Positions 1 to 13,540 of a DNA stretch of 64,000 nt are shown piece after piece. The stretch lies in assembly GCF_006345805.1 (NCBI RefSeq), contig NC_043003.1, positions 52,452,001 through 52,516,000 of the forward strand, read 5' to 3'. Under the pieces are notes generated by a model, which saw only the letters and a list, made by a program, of their open reading frames with translations, was not told the DNA's origin and searched no databases. The stretch comes from Octopus sinensis (lineage: Eukaryota). Both the position numbers and the translations under genes were made by a program. The stretch's first letter is position 1. Every line of letters starts with the position of its first letter.

Positions 1-774
1 TAAGTTATGGGGCTGTTGTCTCATAACACTAATTGTCAAGCAGTCGTTGGGGACAAATACAAAGACACGCATTCACACATAGATATACACACATAGATAC
101 ACGCACACACACACACATATTTATCTTATATATAAGTGGCAATTTCAGGCTATCTGTTACCAATTTAGTGCCTAAACTACCAAACCAATATTCACGAAAC
201 TTTGCATACATGTAACACTAACATGCAATTCAATAATAAGCAAATTGGATTTCAATAAAAAATCTATGATGTACACTCCAGGGGCGTTGGGCGAATTATA
301 TGATAAAATGAGACGGTTGCAAAATTATAAGTATGAGAGAGAGAGGGTGACTTGCATCAGTGAAGGCGAGAACAGCGATAATAATGGAATGATAACGTTA
401 CTATAACTGTCATATGAGGTAGTAACACAGAGAGAGGATGACTTCTATCAGTGAAAGCGAGAACAGCGGTGAGAATGGGGTGATAACTGTCAAATACATG
501 CGACGCCGCTTACATACTTTCGTAAATATATACATACAACGCACACACATACACACACAGGAAGGTGGGTGTGAGGAATACATAGCATTAGGGAGAAAAG
601 GGTATGTGGCTTTTCTGCTATCGCAAGGAAACACTCACACACAGACCCACACATACATAAATATGTGTGTGTGCATACATACGTACGTTTGTAAATTTGT
701 GTTTCTGTGACGTCCTATAACTGTCTCTCTCTCTCTACTTTTGTGACTTACACCTAACTCCAACTAAAACTTGT

Positions 775-1380
775 ATATTATTTTCTACTCTAGGCACAAG
801 GCCCGAAATTTGGTGGGAGGGGCCAGTCGATTAGATCGAGCCTAGGACGCAACTGGTACTTAATTTATTGGCCCTGAAATAATGGAAGGCAAAATTGACC
901 TCGGCGGAATTTGAACTCACAACGTAAAGACAGAAGAAAAACCTATTTCTATTTCTTTACAACCCACAAGGGGCTAAACACAGAGAGGACAAACAAGGAC
1001 AAACGGATTAAGTCGATTATATCGAGCCCAGTGCGTAACTGGTACTTATTCAATCGACCCCGAAATGATGAAAGGCAAAGTCGACCCCGGAGAATTTGAA
1101 CTCAGAACGTAGCCGCAGACGAAATACCGCTAAGCATTTCGCCTGGCGTACTAACGTTTCTTATTTCTTTACTGTCCACAAGGAGTTACACACAGAGAGG
1201 ACAAACAAAAGGATTAAGTCGATTATATCGACCCCAGTGCGTAACTGGTACTTATTTAATCGACCCCGAAAGGATGAAAGGCAAAGTTACCTCGGCGGAA
1301 TTTGAACTCAACGTAACGGCAGACGAAATACCGCTAAGCATTTCGCTTGGTGTGCTAACGATTCTACCAGCTCGCCGCTC
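775..1380 (-). mobile_element. SINE family A (tRNA-like head; core gcctttcatcctttcggggtcgat), multimeric copy
   Basis: A-box-like ggcgagctggtagaatcgttagc and B-box gagttcaaattcc on the minus strand; the body is repeated about three times. Other copies at ~10455-10680(-), 30066-30294(-), 31645-31880(-), 44455-44690(+). Confidence 0.85.
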
Positions 1381-2253
1381 TTTAAACACACTAATTGATT
1401 TATACCTAAATTATTTATTATATATATATATATTCCAGGGTGCACGAATTCTGGACAAAGATCCAAAGTATCGCTGATGACACCTGGTAGCCATAAGTGG
1501 TGAACGTGCTCTGCAGACACATTACCTGGGACCAACATCTGTACACCCACACATCGAAGTTACTGGCCCCTATCCATATACACACACACTTATACATTCT
1601 CACATACATACGCATGCACCTTCCTTTGGGGATCACCAATACTTTATTATCTCCCCTTCTTTCTACCTCTCCTGTTAAAGCTTTTTCCTCAACCAGTCAC
1701 CATGCTTGATCGCCAAATCCACAAGATTTTTTTTATTCTCTCTCTGTTTATTTCCTCTTATTCCTTTCTGTTGAAGAGCGTGGATTTTTTCTTCTTTTTT
1801 CACATATGCTGTTGTATTTACCTTTTGTATTCTGTTATTAATTAATACTAGTTTTTATATTCTTTATTTTTTTCTATCTTTTATTTCCTATTTTTATATT
1901 TTATTTGTATAGGCGCAGGAGTGGCTGTGTGGTAAGTATCTTCTACTATAGTCTCAGGCCGACCAAAGCCTTGTGAGTGGATTTGATAGACGGAAACTGA
2001 AAAAAGCCTGTCGTATATATGTATATGTATATATACGTGTGTGTGTTTGTCCTCCCCACCCCAACATCGCTTGACAACCTATGCTGGTGTGTTTACGTCC
2101 CTGTAACTTAGCAGTTCAGCAAAAGAGACTGATAGAATAAGTACTAGGCTTACAAAGAATAAGCCCTGGATCGATTTGCTCGACTAAAGGCAGTGCTCCA
2201 GCATGGCTGCAGTCAAATGACTGAAACAAGTAAAAGAATAAAAGAGAGTAAAG

Positions 2254-3667
2254 AGTATTCTTGTAAGAAAAAAATATCTGTTGCTATATAAACAGCCTTC
2301 TAAACCACAGAATTTCAGCTTGAAAACGGCTATCAAGAAGCTCAAAACTCAGAGTAAATGCTATCAACAAAAGACAGTGTTTCTTACTGATGAGAATGAT
2401 GAAAAATCAGTTGATATTTCAAATGGAAATATAGCTGGAATAAATGAAAACTTATCTGATAAATATAAAACTACTGAGACTAATGCGGAAATTATTTCCA
2501 ACAAATCTATTGAAAAACAAAAGGTTTCTGATATTTTCATTCTGTCTTCTTGTATAAATAATAATTGTTTCTTGTCAAAAGAAATTATAGATATCCCTTG
2601 TTCTCAGGACCCTTTTTCTCAAGAGTCCTTTAAGGATTATTTTTCCTTAAGCTCTTTGTCTGTAAACTCTATAGAATCCAGTACTAGTGATCTTGTAGAG
2701 CAATTTGGGAATATCCTAAAAATAAGTAACAGAAAGAAAATTGTGGAAGATGAACCTTGGAAGCATGTAGAAGATTTCAATGAAATTACACTTGATGATA
2801 ATGGAAGGGATGGTGATGATGATTATAATGTCACAAAAGACAATGACTTTTCTGATAAATTTCCACCTTCAAGACCTTTCTGGAATTCTCGTAGACTAAA
2901 GCATCTGCAAACGCCAGAGATCCCTGAAGATAACAAAAACAGTCTAACACTTTGCAAACGACCATTTGATGATTGTTGTAGATGTATGATAGTGACAGTT
3001 TCAAAAATAGTTATACTCCTAATAGTAGTATGAAAAACACTCATAAGATTTTATGCTATGATCTATCACAAATTACTTCAGAAAAAGGAAGGAAAACATC
3101 CCCCAAAAAGGAGAAAATCACTATAAACAACTCTGAAAATTATAATATACCATTGTTTGAGACTGAAAATTTAGAAGAGTTGAAAGCTGTGTATGAATAT
3201 CTGCATGTTAAATGTCCTTCTGATGACAGTACTATTTCTTCCCCTGTTCATCCTGAAGCATATTCAGTCGAATGGCTGTCAAAACTTCCTATTTCTGACT
3301 CTAGTTTTAAAGTGTCAGCTGAGAACTGCAATCATAAAACTGCCATAGAGATGCCTTACATGCAACAGCCCCCAAATTCCTGTCAGATTCAAATGCCTCA
3401 CACACTTAATCCTAGTTTAATTTATGTCCAAACACAAGTAATCTGCCTCAGTAGTACAGCCTCACAAAAAGAAAAATTAACCAACAGCAAATTGATGGCT
3501 TAACTAAAGACGACTTTTGTAAAATTGGCGAGAGTGGCACTCATCTTCATGAAGCTGCAGAAAATAATAATGTATATTTATTGGAGGCCTTGCTTAAACA
3601 ATTGGATAAGATGCAGTTCAAACAACATATTGTTAACTTCAGAAACAATTACCAACAGACTGCACTT
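2254..3667 (+). pseudogene. Frameshifted fragment of an IkB-like ankyrin-repeat gene (long low-complexity N-terminal part plus ~1.5 ankyrin repeats)
   Basis: Track ORFs 2281-3033 and 2982-3503 overlap in different frames. A third frame, open from 3455, reads ...GESGTHLHEAAENNNVYLLEALLKQLDKMQFKQHIVNFRNNYQQTAL, resembling IkB-alpha GDSFLHLAII...LNFQNNLQQTPLHLA (recalled). Similarity stops at 3667 with no splice donor; a SINE abuts the 5' side. Confidence 0.6.
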
Positions 3668-3739
3668 ACTGGAATCATTATCATTAAAATAAAAATTATC
3701 CCTCCAAAAGCCTTCTCTACTCCTTTATATATATATATA

Positions 3740-3876
3740 TATATATCATAAATGTGAAAATTAATTTCTGTGTGTCACACTTAGACCCCCTCTCTCACTA
3801 TTCAATGACACTCCTACTATTCCTCATGATGGGGTGTGAGTAATAGTAGGAATAGAGACGGTGAGAGTGGTGGTGA

Positions 3877-3919
<43 letters not shown>

Positions 3920-4270
3920 AAGAAAAAGAGACAAAGAAATTTAGGGAGAGTTGATGTTTTATTAAAAGTAGTAGTGTTGATGGTGGCAGCGGGAGTAATA
4001 ATAAAAGAGAGAAAGATGAGGTATATGAGAGAAAGAGGGAGATGATGTATGACTTTGTTTAACCATATCTCTTTGACAGAAATTCCTGTGGCCAACATAC
4101 TAAACACTATCATTTTTGTCTTATTTTTGCTTTCTTTAATACATACACAAACACACACAATCACACATATAAAATACGCTGTAATTTAAATAAAGTTTCC
4201 CCAAAATTAAACCTATCTAATATAATAAATGTGAAAGTCAGTGTGTCACACTTTTTCAGCTTTAATAATT
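3740..4270 (+). mobile_element. Possible non-autonomous Helitron-like sequence (two similar heads, internal (GA)n)
   Basis: ataaatgtgaaa...tgtgtcacact occurs at ~3748 and ~4226, a layout seen in microsatellite-bearing Helitron derivatives; no diagnostic 3' end identified. Confidence 0.3.
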
Positions 4271-4279
4271 CCTTTCTAC

Positions 4280-4851
4280 TGGAAGCACATAACTTCAAAT
4301 TTTGGCAGAATAGATTTGTTATCTGTTTGGTGGGATATGAAAGGTTTAGTCCACTTTGAACTTTTAAACCCAAACCAAACAATAACAAAGGAGATCTACT
4401 GCAAGCAACTTGAGCGGCTGAAGTCAGTGCTAGAAGAACAACCATCTTTGGTTTCAAGATGAAAGGTGTTCTTCCATCAGGATAATGCTTGGCCACATAC
4501 AGCAAGGATGACATTTGAAAGGCTGGAGCAGTCTGAATGGGAAACGATGCTCCACCCACCATATTCGCTGGACATTGCCCCATCTGATTATCATTTATTC
4601 CTCAGTCCTCAAAATCATTTGGACGGAAAAAATATGAATTCTGTAGACAAGGTCAGAACAGTACTGGAGAAGTATTTTATGTCACAGACAAATGAACTTT
4701 GGAAGAAGGGTTTTGCAAGTCTACCAGATAGATGGAAGAGCATTGTAGAAAATGAAGGAGAGTATATTTTAGATGAAAAAAGAACTTTATCTTAATTTTG
4801 AAAAATAAAATAAGTATAAAAAAAACCATATTACTTACAGGATGACCCAAT
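4280..4851 (+). mobile_element. Mariner transposon, 3' half, defective
   Basis: LLSVWWDMKG, FFHQDNAWPH, HPPYSLDIAPSDYHLF; one in-frame stop at 4460-4462; right end ...ggatgacccaatata. Confidence 0.9.
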
Positions 4852-6079
4852 ATATATATAATTATATATGAACCCAGCTAATTGGTATTCAGTCCTCTAT
4901 AAACACACTCTAGCCGCTGGCCCACAAACTTGCTGCCCTTTTCTCTTCATCTTTTCTATTGCTGCTATAATGGCCTTTGTTTCTAGTAACAGGATTTACT
5001 TGTTTCTAGTATATATCCCTGATATACATGTATGTCTTTCCATGTCTCATTTCACTAAATATTTCCAGCTGTCTATGCTCTGCATTAATCATTTATCTAG
5101 TCCTATCTTCCTATAACATTTGTCCTCGAGAATCTCTTCCTTGCAGGTGATTAAAAGGAATATTAAGGGCCTCCATCTCACTTGTCTTAGAAGTCTTGCA
5201 AAGTTCATGGATCACTACCTCTTCCACCAGACTCAACAAGTAAAGAAAAAATATGTCAGAGATTCAATTATGGATTTATTTACTTCTAACTAGAAAGGAA
5301 TAAGCTTGACTATTCTCTTCTTATTGAACCATACAAGTTAATAACTATCACATTCAGATTAATAAATGATTATCACTTTCAGGTCAGTTTAAACCCTCCT
5401 GCATTGCAATGAATCATTAGGTTATGAGCAATAACCTATCCCATAATACTGTATTTAACCACTTCAGTACAATACAATGGACTAGTTTCATCGATAAGAG
5501 ATAAAAGAAGAAAAACAACAACAACAAAAAAACTGGGAAATAAAATTATATTAGAAACACTTGAAACTTTGTTGTTGTTAATATATTATGTTATTAATGT
5601 TGGAAAATGAGAGTACTTCTAGTTAAGTTTACAAAATAAAGGCATGCACCTAAATTTGTTGATGGATAATACTGGCGTCATTTATAGCTACTTAGATTTT
5701 CAGACAAATAAGCTAGACATAACTGCATAGTTAAGTAGATCATTTGATAATTACGTGGCTCCAGATTGACTCACATTATGTGACATTCTGAGCAAGCATC
5801 TTCTACATTAGTCAGAAGTTACAGGTACTTTGCGAATATCTGTGTGTATTGGTGTGTGTGTGTATATATCTATGTTTATGCAGACTGGCATAAAATCTAC
5901 TGTTATAGTCTTTTCTCTTTATTCTTTAAGGAACAAAGTTCCTCATAGGAGGAACCTTGTCTCTAAGCTGTCCTCTGACTAAATGATTCACCAAGCAAAG
6001 TTTAATGAAATAAGTACTAGAATCTATATGATTGACTAAACCCATGGAAATGGTTCCCAAGCATGAACACAGTCCAGTT

Positions 6080-6370
6080 CAAGACAGGATGCCCCTGGGA
6101 GCTCCTCTATGCTGATGACCTTGCTCTAATTGCTGAGTCACTATCAGAACTAGAGGAGAAGTTTCAAGTGTAGAAACAAGGATTACAATCGAAGGCCTTA
6201 GAGTCAACCTAGCTAAAACCAAAGCCCTAATAAGAAGGAAGGCAGGCAAACTACAAATCCCTTCAGGTAGTTGGCCCTGCTCAATCTGTAGAAAAGGCAT
6301 AGGTAGAAACTCTATAAGATGTACCCAGTGTAAGCTATGGACACATAAGAGGTGCAGCAATATCAAAGGA
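6080..6370 (+). mobile_element. Internal fragment of the same RTE family
   Basis: LLYADDLAL and WPCSICRKGIGRNSIRCTQCKLWTHKRC; near-colinear with 48755-49020. Confidence 0.85.
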
Positions 6371-9300
6371 AGTCCAGTGACTGAAATAAATCTATTATAA
6401 GTTTGTGTATGTTCATTCTTTCTTGCTCTTCCTCTTTCTTTTGTATGTAATATCGTCTTTATTTTTGCTGCCACTGTAGTGCTGAAACACTGAATTTTAT
6501 TATGGTATCACACTCTACCTGCTCTTCATTGAAAGTTTTGCTACCTTCCTTCCTCTGTTGTGTTCTCACACTCTCTCCCACTTTTTATTGATCTTTCTCT
6601 CTCTCTCTATTTGTTTAGCAGAAGATTAATGTAGAGTTAGTGCTGAGTACAAGTGTCAACTAGAAAGTAACATAACTGATTTTAATTTAAGTGGGAAGCC
6701 AAACTTTGTCTTTTAAGTCACAATTTACTATAAATGGTGTTTGCAACACTATTATTACAAGCAAAGAAAGCATGCTACAAGCATACACTATGGTCTAATT
6801 AATGAATATGATTCATTTCAATCAAATTGACCCCATCATATCTGTAGAGCTTGTAGACCCTTACAGTGGGGTCTGGATGCATTGTCAAAGCCCAGATAGT
6901 CCAGAGTCCTTGTGATGACCTCAATAAAAATTCATTTTGCATGGATGACACCAAATCCATCAAGTAGCTTCCAGGACCATTTGTCAAGGAGACCCAAACA
7001 GGTGAAGAAGGCTAAGCCCTCTTATAGAAGAGCACAAGAAGATAGAAGCTTCCAAAATATGGTTAGGTAGTATGAAACAAACATCAGATGGATAGTTCCC
7101 TATTGCTCATTCTTGACCAAAATATGTAATGCACACATTAATTCTCAGTTTTGTAATTCAATTAAGTTAAAGAAATATAACATTAAGAGAACTGATTTCA
7201 TAGCGTTTTCTTTGAAGGAGCAAAACAGCCACAATGAATTTATCCATAGGCATAGGAGTGGCTGTGTGGTAAGTAGCTTGCTTATGAACCACATGGTTCC
7301 GGATTCAGTCCCACTGTGTGGCACCTTGGGCAAGTGTCTTCTACTATAGCCTTGGGCCGACCAAAGCCTTGTGAGTGGATTTGGCAGACGGAAACTGAAA
7401 GAAGCCCATCGTATATATGTTTATATGTATGTGTGTCTGTTTTTGTCCCCCAACATCGCTTAACAATCGATGCTTGTATGTTTACATCCCTGTAACTTAG
7501 CAGTTCGGCAAAAAAAACCAATAGAATAAGTACTAGGCTTAGAAAGAATAAGTCCTGGGGTCGATTTGCTTGACTAATGGCGGTGCTCCAGCATGGCTGT
7601 AGTCAAATGACTGAAACAAATAAAAGAGTAATTTCAGTAAGGTCAATGCATCAATAACATTGAAACATTCTGGTACTTTTCCATTTTCCCCATTCATGAA
7701 GATATCCCAACATTCAACAACATGCTGTCCAAATAGACAACAAGTTGTTGAATGCTGGGATATTTTCATAAATAAGTTTCCTTTACTTAAGCACAAAGTT
7801 CAAAGAACACAATGCTTACAGTATTTTCTAAGCTCTACCAGTATAATCCCTTTGCAGAAATATTGTTGTACTATCAGGTTCCATAAGCACCATTCGAGCG
7901 TGATCATTACCAGCGTCGCCTTACTGGCACTTGTGCCGGTAGCATGTGAAAAGACATTTGAGCAAGGTCGTTGCCAGTACCGCTGGACTGGCTCCTGTGC
8001 AGGTGGCACATAAAAAACACCATTTGAGTATGCCTGTTGCCAGTACCGCCTGACTGGCCCTCATGCCAGTGGCACGTAAAAGCACCCACTACCCTCTCGG
8101 AGTGGTTGGTGTTAGGAAAGGCATCAAGCTGTAGAAACTCTGCCAGATCAAGATTGGAGCCTGGTGCAGTCATCTGGTTCGCCAGTCCTCAGTCAAATCG
8201 TCCAACCCATACTAGCATGGAAAGCGGATGTTAAACGATGATGATGGGACACCAAGCAAATAGAGACAAAGAAAGCAAGATGACTCTATTGAAAGCTGAC
8301 CTAACATAAGCTTGACAATGTCATTGTACACATCAGCCAACATAGATACTTCTTTTTACAACTCCCTTCCGAAAAGTGTGAGCTTCCTAGTTCATTTTAT
8401 GATCTTTGAATAGTCAATGCCAAGGTCTGCACTATCAAAAGAGAGAAATGGATTGGTGGAGAATGATGGCCAGTGAGATGTAATATTGTCAGTAGCTTCC
8501 ATATTTCAAACAGCTAAGACTTAGTGTTCTTTTCCTGATGCTCTTTCACTCTTTTACTTGTTTCAGTCATTTGACTGTGGCCATGCTGGAGCACTGCCTT
8601 TAGTCAAGCAAATCGATCCCAAGACTTATTCTTTGTAAGCCTAGTACTTATTCTATTGGTCACTTTTGCTGAACTGCTAAGTTACGGGGATGTAAACACA
8701 CCAGCATCGGTTGTCAAGCGATGTTGGGAGGGGACAAACACACACATATATATATACATATATATATGATGGGTTTCTTTCAGTTTCTGTCTACCAAATC
8801 CACTAACAAGGCTTTGGTCAGCCTGAGGCTATAATAGAAGACACTTGCCCAAGGTGCCACGCAGTGGAACTGAACCCGGAACTATGTGGTTGGTAAGCAA
8901 GCTACTTACTACACAGCCACTCATGCTGTTAAAATGGTGTGAATAACCTTGTTAGGCATTCAAATATCAAGCTCAACAAATGTACTTCCATCATCAAAAC
9001 AGCTTACACTTATATCATGTAGCTTGAAAATTTTCATACATTAAATAGAAAATAATAGTATTCTCATACTTTTTTTTTTGCTAAAAAACATAACCATGAA
9101 CTGACAGACACAAGACAAAGGGAAAAATGCACACAGACATGTGTACATATATGAATATATTTATTTATTTGCTATTGATAGATGAACAAATAAAACATAA
9201 TATCATGTCGTTATGTGGAGTCTGAGTGTGGTTTGGATTGGATTACATTTATTTACATGGAGTTCAATTACTTATGTAATAGACAAAGGGCTCTGGAATG

Positions 9301-9890
9301 GATTCTGTTCATATATAGAGACTCCACTGTATGCATATGTATGTATCTTTTTTACCTTTTTTTTAAAAAAATCTTTTTACTTGTTTCAAACTGGCACTTA
9401 TTTTAATGGTCACTTTGCTGCGTTGCTACATTAAGTGGACATAACAAACCAACACTGGTTGTCAAGCAGTGGTGAGGACAAACAGACACAAACACACACA
9501 CACATGATGGGCTTCTTTCAGGTTCTGTCTACCAAATCCACTCTCAAGGCCTTGATTGGCCTGGAGCTATAGTAGATGATGCTTGCCCAAGGTACCATGA
9601 ATTGGTACTGAACCATATGGCAAAGAAGCAAACTTCTTATGACACAGCCACACCCGTGCCTATATTTTTTTTACTCGTTTCAGTCATGTGGTTGTAAAGC
9701 AAATTTGTTACCACACAACCACATATGTGCATATATATATATATATAACATTTACAGATTAAGTGATTTAACAAAAAGAGAAAAGATTGTGTTTGAGTTT
9801 GGCAAATTTACAAGTGGTTAGAACTATTTAATGGAATAATAAATGTGAATGAAAGTAATATAATACAAAACTACATATGTAAGGAACTGG

Positions 9891-10103
9891 TCATTTTTTA
9901 GCTTTGGTTAAGGTAGGAGCCTTAAATGCTTTATATACAGAAGGAGATGAGCAACTGGCTAAGGGGGGCAAGCTGGATGCAGCCCCATACACGAGAAGTT
10001 TGGACATTTTCATTTGTTGAGCAGCTTTCTGAGCCTTCGTAGAATCATCTGAAGATGAAGTGTGCAAAACATTCTCTTTTACGTGATACTTCTGCTCTGT
10101 ACC
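9891..10103 (-). CDS. BRCA2: BRCA2 terminal coding exon with RAD51-binding TR2 motif and stop; 213 nt
   Basis: Strong acceptor ttttccttttccatcctctttctcacacccag|GGT; 70 open codons then TGA. LPPLASCSSPSVYKAFKAP aligns to human TR2 [23 protein letters not shown]. Confidence 0.9.
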   Translation of the reverse strand, partial: GTEQKYHVKENVLHTSSSDDSTKAQKAAQQMKMSKLLVYGAASSLPPLASCSSPSVYKAFKAPTLTKAKK

Positions 10104-10991
10104 CTGGGTGTGAGAAAGAGGATGGAAAAGGAAAACCCATAAGACATTACAAATACTGTTTCAGAAATTAAAAAAAAAAAAATAAGAACTATAAAAAACA
10201 AAACAAAACAAGCGCAAAAATTATATAATCTATGAGGTTTTAGCACCCCATTACTACCATCTTTATTGTCGTCCCAGCAACTCCCACTGTTATATAAAAT
10301 GGGGTAGCCATGTATCTGCTCTGTGGTAAGACAACCATGATTGTCCCTCTTTCATACTTTAGCATTTCAGCATCTGGCAGAAAGCCACCTCCACCTCCCA
10401 AATAACACCCCCCACACTTAGTTCTGGGTCTTTTACATTTTTCTTTGTTCTTTTTCTTATTTCTTTATTGCCCACAAGGGGCTAAACATAGATGGGACAA
10501 ACAAAGGGATTGAGTCAATTACATCAACCCCAGTGCGTAACTGGTACTTAATTTATCGACCCCGAAAGGATGAAAAGCAAAGTCGACCTCAGCAGAATTT
10601 GAACTCAGAACATAGCGGCAGACGAAATACCGCTAAGCATTTCACCCGGCATGCTAACGTTTCTGCCAGCTTGCTGCCTTTGTCCTTTTTCTATCTTGAA
10701 AGTTACTTGGCAACCTCACTAGTGCCAGAAGCATGAAAAAAAAATAAAAAGCATCCAGTACACACTGTAAAGTGGCCGGTGTTAGGAAGGACATTCATCC
10801 ATAGAAACAAAGCTAAACCAGGAATTGGAGCTTGACATGACCCTACAGTTTGCTGGATTCTATCAAAATGTTCAACCCACACCAGAATGGAAAACAGACA
10901 TATGATGATGCTTTCAGTTAGTATAGTCAAAAATATTTCAAGACGATATAAAATAAATCTAGTTTGAAATTGTTTGTGTTACATTCATTAA

Positions 10992-11131
10992 CCCATATTA
11001 ACCCACTGTCCTTGTTTGAGGACAGTTGTATTTGGTTTATTTACTGCAATAAAGGTTAACTGGATGCCTCCATATGTTTGTTATCCTTGTTTATAAAACT
11101 ATCTTCAAAATTTTGACAGGGTTATCCTGGG
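10992..11131. mobile_element. piggyBac-like MITE (140 bp)
   Basis: TTAA on both sides; imperfect TIRs cccatattaacccactgtc / gacagggttatcctggg. Confidence 0.6.
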
Positions 11132-11685
11132 TTAAATATGAAGAGAAACAGAAATATTATACACAAAAGAAAAAGAAAACGAATAAATGTAAAAAATCAC
11201 AAAAACAACTGTCACATAATGTGTTTGTAGGGTCAAACTTGCATTTTATATTTTGATGTTAAGACATATATATATATTACACCTGGATGCCCTTCCTAAT
11301 ACCAAAGTACTCAATCCACTGTGGGGTGATTGGTGTTTGGAAGGGCATCCAGCCGTACAAACTTTGACAAAATAGACACAGAAGTTTGGTGTAGTCTTCT
11401 GCCTGGCCAGCTCCTGTCAAACCATCCAACCCATGCCAACATGGCAGACATTAAATGATTATGATGATGATGATATATATAGATATATAGCGCATTAGGA
11501 AGGGCATCCAGCTGTAGAAACTGCCAGATGAAGATTGGAGCCTGTTGCAGCCATCTGGTTCGCCAGCCCTCAGTCAAATCGTCCAACCCATGCTAGCATG
11601 GAAAGCGGACGTTAAATGATGATGATGATCCAAACATTCTAATAAAAAGGAAAATTATGGACTAATAGTGAAGAAAATATTGTAC

Positions 11686-11754
11686 CTGAAGATTTAAAGA
11701 CAGTTTTCTTTGTTCTAATCTCTTGTAAGCTGCTGATAGAAACCCTTCTTTCAC
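11686..11754 (-). CDS. BRCA2: BRCA2 penultimate exon; 69 nt, phase 0/0
   Basis: Acceptor ttcatattctcccag|GTG; donor CAG|gtacaa. VKEGFLSAAYKRLEQRKLSLNLQ fits the helix after OB3 and keeps frame between both neighbours. Similarity to human is weaker than for the other exons. Confidence 0.8.
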
Positions 11755-13540
11755 CTGGGAGAATATGAACAGAATATCATTTACTTTTTAATTATGCAAA
11801 AAAATATATTAATATTTCAATTTTGTTGTTCATTTATTGCTAAATTTAACAGACAATTATATTAGCACCAATTTGTTCATTTATACGTTTTAGTTGTTGA
11901 ACTGTGACCATGCTGGAGCACTTGCTTCAACAGTTCCAGTCATATTGACAATATGGTTTCAGATTCAGCTCCACTGTGTGGTACCTTGGGCAAGTACTAT
12001 TGTCCTGGGCTTGTGAGTGGATTTTGTAAATAGAAACCAAAAAAGGGTAATTTATTAAGCATCTAAAAAAGGTTAAAATAGTGAATCCCCTACAGAAAAT
12101 TCTGAGTGAGAGACCCTAAAACAGATATGTATGGTCATACTTAACCAATATCTGGTATCCCCTGTGGTTCCATTCCAGGAAGTACCATAAATCCTCAAGT
12201 ATAGTCCGCTCTTGAGTATAATACACAGGGGATTTTTAGGGGGCTGTACCCCTGAAAAACTTAAACCTTGTGTATAATATGCACCCCTTCTCTAACTTGA
12301 GTCGTGCATAATTAAGCCAGCAGCACCTAGTCGAACAAATACTTCCGTGCATGCGTAATACAATAATGGTGATGTTCTTAACTGTTATATGGGAATGTAA
12401 ATATGTTTGCAAATTGTTTTTGTTACATGTTATTCTGTGTTCTGAATACTTTTATTTTAATAAATGTTGCTTACTGCAAGTTATGGATGATTCTTTTTAT
12501 AACTTCATTGCTTTCAGGCTTAGCTTAAGGTATTTTCGTGCCTGACATCACAAAATGCGTCTGAATAAACATTGCCGGACAGCAAATAGAGACTCAGACA
12601 TTGCTTAGAAAATATTTTTCATTTTTAATCTCATAGATAGTATGCACTAGGGATTTTATCCTTTAAATTTTGGGGAAAAAAATGCAGATTATACTCAAGG
12701 ATTTACAGTAAGTAAATGTATTTTTTATGATTCAGTTGACTTCAAATCCTTCCTTAGTTCACATTTATTTAGTGAGTCCTTTACTACAATATATTTTATC
12801 ATCTTCTGTCTTATTCTATTTTTTTATCACCATTGTTGATAGATGGTCATGTTATGAATGGCTTGACTTTTAGAAAGGAATTAATTTGATTCTGAATCGC
12901 TTTTATCTATCCATCCATCCTTAGTATATTTCTGTATCGTATCCTTGACACAAAAACATATCAGCACAGATGGCTTGTTTTCTTTGATTTTCTCATGCAA
13001 CCAACTTTTCAATGCAGGCCCAGCTTCTGCAAGTACATTATTAACCCTTTCCCCTACTCATCATTAATTCTGACATTGTAGGTCAACATTTTCAAACTTC
13101 CGCTGCAGATCTCAAGCTTTTAGACTTCTATAAATGATAACACAAAATCCCATGCCCCAATACGAATGTACTGATGGATGTTAACTGGTACGGAAGAATG
13201 CTGGTGCTATGATAAAATTGCCTGAGATCATGCAGTAAAGTGATAGGTGATAGAAAGATGTCAGTTTTAAAAACCATGCAAATAAGAAAAGCATGAGGTT
13301 ATCTGCTTTATACTTCCAGTTAGGATGGCCAAAGAACTCATACTTCTATTTTCCCATACTCCAAAAGAAATGAATAGACTGAAATAACATAGGCTACAAA
13401 GGTGCTTTAGTGGTAGTGGTCTAATCAAATGCGGCCAGTCCAAAGTACAAAATGGTTGGTGACAAGAAGGGTGTCATATCAAGAACTCTTGTTATGATGT
13501 ACACATGACATATGCAACAAGATAAGCTAATTATATACAT

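Noticed and set aside
5147-5240. Plus-strand AG...GT segment that might continue the IkB-like gene
   Set aside because: The translation (SLAKFMDHYLF...YVRDS) resembles a Penelope RT remnant, not ankyrin.
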